Shown piece after piece: positions 57,635 to 64,000 of a stretch of 64,000 nt of DNA. The number at the start of each line of letters is the position of its first letter. The stretch's first letter is position 1. Below the pieces are notes generated by a model that was not told the DNA's origin, ran no database searches, and was given only the letters and a program-made list of their open reading frames with translations. Both the position numbers and the translations under genes were made by a program. The stretch is from Ignavibacteria bacterium (lineage in GTDB: Bacteria > Bacteroidota > Ignavibacteria > UBA10030 > SZUA-254): positions 2,804 to 66,803 of the forward strand of contig JACOSX010000140.1 in the NCBI GenBank assembly GCA_016178625.1, written 5' to 3'.

Positions 57635-58771
57635 ATGAAGATTACCATCGTCGGGACAGCCTATCCGCTCCGAGGCGGCATCGCTCACTACAATGCACTT
57701 CTTGCAACCCACCTCGGCAAACGGCATAACGTGGAGACCGTGACCTTCAAACGACAATACCCGAAGTTGCTATTTCCCGGGAAGACACAGGAGGAAAAAG
57801 GAGAGCATCTCGATATTGCGCCTGCGCCGCAGTTGATCGATTCGATCAATCCGCTCAATTGGATCTCCGTCGCTCGAACGATCAGCCTACGCAAGCCGGA
57901 TTTGCTCGTTTTCAAATACTGGCTTCCGTTTTTTGGCCCGTGCTTCGGAACGATTGCGCGCCGCGTCAAGAGGGCAACAGGTGCACGGGTGCTGTTCATT
58001 TGCGATAATATCATTCCTCATGAACGACGCATGGGGGATATTGCCTTCACGAAATATGCTTTCAAGTCGGCTGACTGTTTCGTCGTTCAGTCGGATGCTG
58101 TGGAGCGAGATATCAAGACACAGTTCCCGGGTTCTTTGTACAGGAAGGTGCCGCATCCCGTCTATGAGAATTTCGGAGCGTCGATCCCCAAAGACAAGGC
58201 ACGTAGGAGATTGGAAATCTCTGCCAAAAAAGTTATTTTGTACTTCGGCTATGTGCGAGCATATAAAGGTCTACGTGTTTTGATTGATGCCATGAAGAAG
58301 TTGGCAGAAGCAGGCTACATGCCGGATGATCTCGTCTTGCTTGCTGTCGGTGAATTTTATGATGACGAATCCCAATATCGTAAACACGTTCGTCAGTTAG
58401 GTCTTGAGTTATCGGTCCGCTTTGTTTCTGAGTATGTTCCCAACGACCAAGTAGCACAATACTTCAGTGCCGCTGATGTTGTTATCCTTCCATATCTCTC
58501 AGCGACGCAGAGCGGAATTACACAAATTGCCTACAACTTTGATAAGCCGGTGATTGCTACAGATGTAGGAGGACTCGCAGAAGTGGTCATTGATACTAAA
58601 ACTGGTTTCGTCGTTCCTTCGAATGACGCCAGCGCCTTGGTAAACGCCATCAAAAGATTTTATGAAGAGAAGAAAGAGAGTGAATTTGTCGCGAACGTAA
58701 GAATTGAGAAGAAGAAATATTCCTGGGAGAACCTTGTATCGACGATCGAAGAACTGCAACAGCTCAGGTGA
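57635..58771 (+). CDS. GT4-family glycosyltransferase (glycosyl transferase group 1)
   Basis: 'ILYFGYVRAYKG' and 'DVGGLAEVVIDTKTGFVVP' match the GT4 EX7E region. Confidence 0.8.
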   Translation: MKITIVGTAYPLRGGIAHYNALLATHLGKRHNVETVTFKRQYPKLLFPGKTQEEKGEHLDIAPAPQLIDSINPLNWISVARTISLRKPDLLVFKYWLPFFGPCFGTIARRVKRATGARVLFICDNIIPHERRMGDIAFTKYAFKSADCFVVQSDAVERDIKTQFPGSLYRKVPHPVYENFGASIPKDKARRRLEISAKKVILYFGYVRAYKGLRVLIDAMKKLAEAGYMPDDLVLLAVGEFYDDESQYRKHVRQLGLELSVRFVSEYVPNDQVAQYFSAADVVILPYLSATQSGITQIAYNFDKPVIATDVGGLAEVVIDTKTGFVVPSNDASALVNAIKRFYEEKKESEFVANVRIEKKKYSWENLVSTIEELQQLR

Positions 58772-59676
58772 TGGAAAAAATGTCAACTTGCCCCCTCTGT
58801 TCCTCATCGAAATTGAAGTCGAAGCCGTTTGGTTATCGCTACAAAAACAGATGGCTCGGTGGACGCGAGTGTAAGGATTGCGGGATCATCTTTATCGATC
58901 CCCAACCGAGTGCGCAAGAGATCACAGAGATGTACTCGAAAGAATATTTTGAAGGAGACTTCCGATGCGGTCATGCGGGCAGTTATTTCAGTGACGATTC
59001 ACTTAATCGTCTCGTAGACACTTCTTTATTGGAAAGGATCCGTCACTATAGGCAGTCGGGGAAGTTTCTAGAAGTGGGTTGCGCAGGGGGGGCATTCCTC
59101 AGTGCGGCAAAAAAGATTGGTTATGATGTGCACGGGGTGGAGTACTCAGAAGTTGCTGCCAAGTTCGCACGAGCAACATTCAATCTCGAGGTGGTTACCG
59201 GGGACATTCATGCTGCAAATTTTCCCGCGGAAACATTTGATGTAATCTTCATGGGGGATGTCCTTGAACACTTGCCTGACCCGATTGCGACGTTGAAAGA
59301 GATCAACAGAATCACTGCCCTCGGTGGATTGCTCGTTATTTTAGTTCCGACACAAACTAACACACTATTTTCCCGCCTTGGGTTTGTCATCTATCGAGCG
59401 CTCGGCAAGAATGCTATTGTCCATCTTCCGCCGTATCATTTGTTCGAATATCGATCCGCGAGCTTGGAGATTCTGCTTTGCCGTTGTGGATTTCGAAGTT
59501 TCCGAAAATCAGAATCCCTTCTTCCGCCAAATGAGATTACACTTCGGGGCACCTTGATGCAGAGGATAGGAAAAAAACTATTCCAATATCCCAACTATCT
59601 CGTGACGGCCCTCTTTGGTGCCTTTGGAGACCGTGTTGAGCTCTACGCTACGAAACAAACTCACCTTCCATTATGA
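58771..59676 (+). CDS. Class I SAM-dependent methyltransferase with N-terminal Cys4 zinc ribbon
   Basis: 'CPLCSS..CKDCG' zinc ribbon. 'LEVGCAGGAFL' motif I. 'DVIFMGDVLEHLPDP' motif II/III region. Confidence 0.75.
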   Translation: MEKMSTCPLCSSSKLKSKPFGYRYKNRWLGGRECKDCGIIFIDPQPSAQEITEMYSKEYFEGDFRCGHAGSYFSDDSLNRLVDTSLLERIRHYRQSGKFLEVGCAGGAFLSAAKKIGYDVHGVEYSEVAAKFARATFNLEVVTGDIHAANFPAETFDVIFMGDVLEHLPDPIATLKEINRITALGGLLVILVPTQTNTLFSRLGFVIYRALGKNAIVHLPPYHLFEYRSASLEILLCRCGFRSFRKSESLLPPNEITLRGTLMQRIGKKLFQYPNYLVTALFGAFGDRVELYATKQTHLPL

Positions 59677-60779
59677 AAATCGCTATTGTCTTTGGAACGC
59701 GACCAGAAGCCATCAAAATGGCTCCGATTGTTAAGGAGTGCGAACGGCGTCACCTCGACCACGTCGTGATTGTTACTGCTCAACATCGCGAAATGCTCGA
59801 TCAGAAGCTGGAAGTCTTCGGGATTGAGCCCCACTATGATCTTGACATCATGCAGGAAAATCAAGATTTGTTCTATGTGACTTCATCGGTCATTAACGAA
59901 ATTAAACCGGTGCTCTTGAAGGAGAAACCTGATGTCATCCTTGTTCAAGGCGACACGACGACAACACTTGCCGCAAGTCTTGCCGCATTCTATCTAAAAA
60001 TTCCGGTTGGTCATGTTGAAGCCGGGTTACGGACGTGGAATAAAGCCAACCCTTATCCTGAGGAGATCAATCGACAAATCACGTCCCGCTTAACCGATAT
60101 TCATTTTGCGCCAACTCAAGGGGCAAAAGATAATCTCTTGAAAGAAGGCTTCGCTCCGGAGTCCGTCTACGTTACCGGAAATACCGTTATCGATGCGCTC
60201 TTGATGATCGTCGATCCACATTATACATTCAACGAATCGCCGCTTAGTACGGTTGATTTCGTGAACCGGCGAGTTCTTCTGCTCACCTCACATCGTCGAG
60301 AGAACTTCGGCGAGCCGATGGTACAAATCTTCTCCGCATGTCGTTATCTTGTCGAGAATAATCCTGATGTCGAGTTGATTTATCCGGTTCACCCAAACCC
60401 AAACGTCCAGAAAACCGCTAAAGAGATACTCGCCGGTGTTCCGCGTGTTCACCTCATCGAGCCAATGGAATACCGACCATTCGTTCAGCTCATGAACAGG
60501 TCGTACCTCATCCTGACAGATTCGGGGGGCGTACAGGAAGAAGCGCCCACGCTCGGCAAGCCAGTCCTCGTGTTACGTAAAACCACGGAACGACCTGAAG
60601 CAATTGAGGCGGGCACGGCTACATTAGTTGGAACCGACAAGCAAATGATTATCAAGCACGCCCAGCACCTGCTTTCCGACAAGCTCGCATATCATGAGAT
60701 GGCGACTAAAGCAAATCCTTATGGTGATGGGAAAGCGGCACAGCGGATCGTCGACATCCTTCTTGAGAAAGTGCGATGA
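59673..60779 (+). CDS. wecB: UDP-N-acetylglucosamine 2-epimerase (non-hydrolysing)
   Basis: 'KIAIVFGTRPEAIKMAPIV', 'HVEAGLRT', 'DSGGVQEEAP' are canonical WecB/MnaA motifs. ATGA coupling to the upstream gene. Confidence 0.9.
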   Translation: MKIAIVFGTRPEAIKMAPIVKECERRHLDHVVIVTAQHREMLDQKLEVFGIEPHYDLDIMQENQDLFYVTSSVINEIKPVLLKEKPDVILVQGDTTTTLAASLAAFYLKIPVGHVEAGLRTWNKANPYPEEINRQITSRLTDIHFAPTQGAKDNLLKEGFAPESVYVTGNTVIDALLMIVDPHYTFNESPLSTVDFVNRRVLLLTSHRRENFGEPMVQIFSACRYLVENNPDVELIYPVHPNPNVQKTAKEILAGVPRVHLIEPMEYRPFVQLMNRSYLILTDSGGVQEEAPTLGKPVLVLRKTTERPEAIEAGTATLVGTDKQMIIKHAQHLLSDKLAYHEMATKANPYGDGKAAQRIVDILLEKVR

Positions 60780-60782
60780 TCG

Positions 60783-61616
60783 GTGGCTGAGCCTCCTCTG
60801 GTTCAAATCGTTATTCTCACTTGGAATGGCCGCGAAGATATCCTTGAATGTCTGCGCTCGCTTCGGCAATCTACTTATCCCAATGCAAAGATTCTGATTG
60901 TCGACAATGCTTCTACCGATGGAACCGTGGCTGCGGTTAAGAAAGAATTTCCCGGTATTGAAATCGTTTGTAACCCTACAAATCTGCGAGTCGGTGGAGG
61001 ATACAACACGGGACTCAAGAAAGCGTTCGTTGATGGCGCACCATATATCCTTATGCTCAACAATGATACGATCTTCAAGCCTGATTTCCTATCAAGGCTA
61101 GTTGACGCAGCCGAATCGAGCCCGGATGTCGGAATGGTCGGACCGAAAATTTGCTATTACTCCGATCCGAAACGGATTTGGTCTGCCGGTGGGAGAATCG
61201 AGTGGTGGAAAGGATGGTGTTATCAAGTCGGTGTGCGCGAAGTGGATCACGGGCAATACGATATACCCGGTGAAGCCGATTGGGTGACTGGTTGTTGCGT
61301 TCTGGTGAAGCGGGACGTCGTTAAAGTCATTGGCTTGCTCGACGAATCATATTATCTCTATGGAGAGGATACTGATTGGTGTGTGAGGGCATCGCGAGCC
61401 GGCTTCAAACTCTGGTATGAACCGTCAGCGGTGATTTGGCATAAACTCTCGGTGAGCATTGGTGGACATCTTTCCTGGTTCAAGAACCGAAACAAATTGA
61501 AGAGCCAGCTTCGTTTGATGGTACGGTATGCGCAGCCGTACCATTGGTTGACGATACCGTTTTGGATAGTGGTCAACACCATTATCAGCTATATTAGGGT
61601 AAAGCAGTCCCGATAG
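60783..61616 (+). CDS. GT2-family glycosyltransferase
   Basis: 'VQIVILTWNGREDILECL', 'ILIVDNASTDGT', 'MLNNDT' are GT2 motifs. The 3' end overlaps the IS relic on the opposite strand. Confidence 0.75.
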   Translation: MAEPPLVQIVILTWNGREDILECLRSLRQSTYPNAKILIVDNASTDGTVAAVKKEFPGIEIVCNPTNLRVGGGYNTGLKKAFVDGAPYILMLNNDTIFKPDFLSRLVDAAESSPDVGMVGPKICYYSDPKRIWSAGGRIEWWKGWCYQVGVREVDHGQYDIPGEADWVTGCCVLVKRDVVKVIGLLDESYYLYGEDTDWCVRASRAGFKLWYEPSAVIWHKLSVSIGGHLSWFKNRNKLKSQLRLMVRYAQPYHWLTIPFWIVVNTIISYIRVKQSR

Positions 61617-61861
61617 CCTAATGAGGTATGGGGCTCCGCCTGCCATCTTGTTGCTTCCACCGATATATTGAGGATCTCGCCATGCAAATGGTTATCGCTC
61701 GGTTTGCCGTTCAATGATTCGATGTAGCCATTTTCTCACGGCCTCCCAGATTCAATGAATAAGGTATTGACGACAAGCCGTTGAAGCCAACTGAAGTTGG
61801 TCTCTTCCTTGATGCCTATCTGACGACAGATCTCTTCAATCGTCTGTCCTTTTGTGTTCAT
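61589..61861 (-). mobile_element. Decayed, internally deleted IS3-family transposase relic (OrfA HTH fragment joined in-frame to OrfB C-terminal tail)
   Basis: Minus-strand translation gives 'TIEEICRQIGIKEETNFSW' (IS3 OrfA HTH_Tnp_1 pattern), an in-frame TGA, then 'ENGYIESLNGK...EATRWQAEPHTSLGY', which matches the IS3 OrfB tail 'ENAYIESFNGKLRDE...EARxxIExWRxxYNxxRPHSSLGY'. An upstream remnant 'KPQKRYRAEV' sits in another frame. No intact ORF remains. Confidence 0.5.
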
Positions 61862-62103
61862 CAATTCACTTCCGCTCTATAGCGCTTCTGTGGTTTCAGT
61901 ATTGACTCTCCAATCTTTTTTCATTAGTTTGAAGTATCATGAATCTGCCAGATGTGGGCGAGATGGAGATTCATTCTCCAACGCTTGCGGTGGGGTACAT
62001 ACCTTCAAAATACGCGATTTGTACAATTTCCTAAATTATAATTCATTTGTTCGCTTTCGTCACCGAAAATTCGTCTAATCCCTTTCAGGTTATCCTCAGG
62101 ATA

Positions 62104-64000
62104 TTGCTGATTCGAGGATTGCCTACTTTCCTCATTTTCTTTTATAGCGTTCCCTTGTCTATTCAGGCACAGTCGGAGGAGTTTAATGAAGAGTGGCGAT
62201 GGGTGCACTTCACAACGGAATCAGGACTTCCCTCAGATCATATCTATGAGATTGTTGAAACATCAGATGGGACGCCATGGGTTGCAACATCAAAAGGCTT
62301 AGCATGGTATGATGGGTTCAGGTGGCATGCGGTCCCCGATTCATTAGGAATACCCATTGCTCTGGATGCTTCTATGGATGGGTGTTTAACCCCTCATGGA
62401 AAAGATAAAGTTTTTGCCAATTTCTATGAAGGCTTATATGATGTCAGCCAAAATAGTGTGCAGAAAATACGATTAAATTTCAATCAGAAAAAGTTAAATA
62501 ATGGTTTCATTACATCAGCAGGTGATCTCGGGTGTTTTGTGCAAGTATATGATGAACTGTTCCGTTACGATTCATCACGCATATCTTCCCTGAAAACCCC
62601 CGCTCGTTTAGTACCTAACTGGAGAAGTGTTTTCTACACCCGAAATCGTTCAGTCTGGATTAATACTACTGAAGGCATCTACCGTTGGACGGGAAACCAG
62701 TGGGTAGAAAAATTCAAATTTCAAAATGAGATCGGTAAAGTAAATACCATCATTGAGGACAAAAATGGGGTCGCCTTTATATCTCTTGGCGGTTTGAATT
62801 GTGCGGGTTTATGGAAGATAGGGAAACATGGCGCTCCCATCCGTCCTCTCACCGAAGGGAAGAATCAAATCCAGACCATGGATGTTTCTCCCATGGGTGA
62901 AATTATCACGGTCCATCGATCAGGTCATATACGAATTCGCGACGGAGGTAAATGGCACTCTTTACATCCCATACCCGCGCAAATGCATAATATTTTGTAC
63001 ATTAAATTTCGTGATAACGGGGATCTTTGGGTGTGCAGTGAAAAGGGACTTTTTCTCTACAAAAAAAATTCCAAACGATGGTCTTCTTCGGTTCCCCAAT
63101 CAGTGAATAATGAGTTCTCCGTCAACGAGCTTCTTCACGCAAGAGATGGTTCGATCTGGTTAGGCACGAGCCAAGGAATTGAGATACACCGTCTTGATGG
63201 TTCTGTCCATGGGATACATTCTCTCAACGGTCACCCGATCGAGGTGGTGACTGGCTTGGCTGAAGATGATAGTGGGGGGATTTGGATTTCGAGCGGAAGC
63301 GCTTTTGATGGCGTATACCATTGGGACGGTTTTAAGTGGCACTATTTCAAAACGCTCGATAATGTTGGAGGAGTTAAGATTCATAAGATACGGAAAGATC
63401 GTCACGGAAGAATGTGGTTCCTCGGTATTTCAAAAAAGATTACCCCTAATGACTCAAGCGTTTATCCGGGAGCGTTTGTCTATTCTGAAAGAAAATTTGT
63501 ACGTTGGGGAACATCGAAAGGGATGCTCAACGGTAAAATCTATGCTTTCACGCAAACAGATGATGGTTCCTATTGGTTCGGCACTTCCGAGGGCTTATGC
63601 CGATGGAAACCCTTAGATCGTAACCAACCCGATTTAGGCGGCACATGGACATATTGGAACAACAGCCAAGAAATCGATCATGCTTTTGCGCTGGACGTTG
63701 GATCGACCGGACTTGTATGGTTCGCTAATCGATTCAGAAAAATAGGTTACATTGATGAACTAGACAATGTCCAGTTTCCCCCAGCTCTTAAATATTTCAG
63801 GAATTCGGTTTGGGATATCAAGTTTGATGTGAAAGGGAGATTGTGGATTGCCGTGCAAGGGGATGGTATCGGACTATATCATAATGGGGTGTTCTCACAG
63901 TTTGGACTCTCTTCAGGATTGAGCAGTCCGAAAGTGTGGCCCCTTTTGCCTGTCGATGATCGATTATATATCGGAACAGATGGGAATGGTGTTAACATTT
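62104..64000 (+). CDS. Second two-component-regulator beta-propeller sensor protein (5' part only; runs off window end)
   Basis: One open frame from about 62035 to 64000 with no stop. Signal-like 'LLIRGLPTFLIFFYSVPLSIQAQ', then repeated 'DG.(L)W.GT..G' propeller motifs matching the N-terminus of 5806..9351. It is missing from the track because there is no in-window stop and no ATG start. Confidence 0.65.
   Translation, partial: MLIRGLPTFLIFFYSVPLSIQAQSEEFNEEWRWVHFTTESGLPSDHIYEIVETSDGTPWVATSKGLAWYDGFRWHAVPDSLGIPIALDASMDGCLTPHGKDKVFANFYEGLYDVSQNSVQKIRLNFNQKKLNNGFITSAGDLGCFVQVYDELFRYDSSRISSLKTPARLVPNWRSVFYTRNRSVWINTTEGIYRWTGNQWVEKFKFQNEIGKVNTIIEDKNGVAFISLGGLNCAGLWKIGKHGAPIRPLTEGKNQIQTMDVSPMGEIITVHRSGHIRIRDGGKWHSLHPIPAQMHNILYIKFRDNGDLWVCSEKGLFLYKKNSKRWSSSVPQSVNNEFSVNELLHARDGSIWLGTSQGIEIHRLDGSVHGIHSLNGHPIEVVTGLAEDDSGGIWISSGSAFDGVYHWDGFKWHYFKTLDNVGGVKIHKIRKDRHGRMWFLGISKKITPNDSSVYPGAFVYSERKFVRWGTSKGMLNGKIYAFTQTDDGSYWFGTSEGLCRWKPLDRNQPDLGGTWTYWNNSQEIDHAFALDVGSTGLVWFANRFRKIGYIDELDNVQFPPALKYFRNSVWDIKFDVKGRLWIAVQGDGIGLYHNGVFSQFGLSSGLSSPKVWPLLPVDDRLYIGTDGNGVNI

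Noticed and set aside
62828-63616. Track ORFs 62828..63106 (+) and 63266..63616 (+)
   Set aside because: Both lie out of frame inside the long uninterrupted propeller-sensor reading frame (62035..64000, frame 1), which has clear repeat homology. They are frame shadows.
1-64000. tRNA, rRNA, tmRNA, CRISPR arrays and direct-repeat arrays
   Set aside because: I scanned intergenic regions for T-loop (GGTTCGA) or acceptor signatures and for periodic repeats, and found none. A dedicated tool was not run.

Overview
This 64-kb window reads as chromosomal DNA from a T9SS-bearing FCB-group bacterium (Bacteroidota / Ignavibacteriota / Chlorobiota-like). Three secreted proteins end in NYPNPFNP-type T9SS C-terminal sorting domains, GC is about 50%, and AGGAG-type Shine-Dalgarno and TTGACA/TATAAT-like promoters are present. 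I find no rRNA, tRNA or CRISPR.

Gene content, 5' to 3':
- Two full-length DUF5916/CBM9-like paralogs; the second carries an in-frame TAG.
- Two paralogous ECF sigma / zinc-finger anti-sigma modules, with HEAT/TPR and DUF4097 partners.
- A beta-propeller/Y_Y_Y hybrid histidine kinase with a CheY-like regulator and a receiver-PP2C phosphatase; a second propeller kinase is cut off at the window end.
- A TlpA-like TPR-thioredoxin, a W-rich repeat secreted protein with a disordered charged tail, and two unknown secreted proteins.
- A TonB-dependent receptor, NDH-2, a LexA/CI-like repressor with a palindromic operator, an HTH-receiver gene followed by a receiver-HisKA protein that lacks an ATPase domain, YchF, and a PA0069-family radical SAM protein.
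- A TIMP-like (NTR-fold) T9SS cargo.
- A Fur-headed seven-gene minus-strand operon: FTR1 iron permease fused to a Cys-rich domain, OM porin, flavinylatable FMN-binding protein, a 4-TM His-rich membrane protein, ApbE with a Tat signal, and DUF59. I read this as a candidate flavin-based reductive iron-uptake system.
- An SDR, a deoxyhypusine-synthase-like protein, a histone-H1-like protein, an M19 dipeptidase and a 1164-aa S8 protease T9SS cargo.
- A 12-kb glycan/glycosylation cluster: three GT2 (two of them polyprenol-P type), GT9, YfhO-like GT-C, a TPR membrane protein, GT4, a SAM methyltransferase and WecB.
- A decayed, internally deleted IS3-family transposase relic at the end of that cluster.

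All family calls come from motif recognition by eye. No database search was run.
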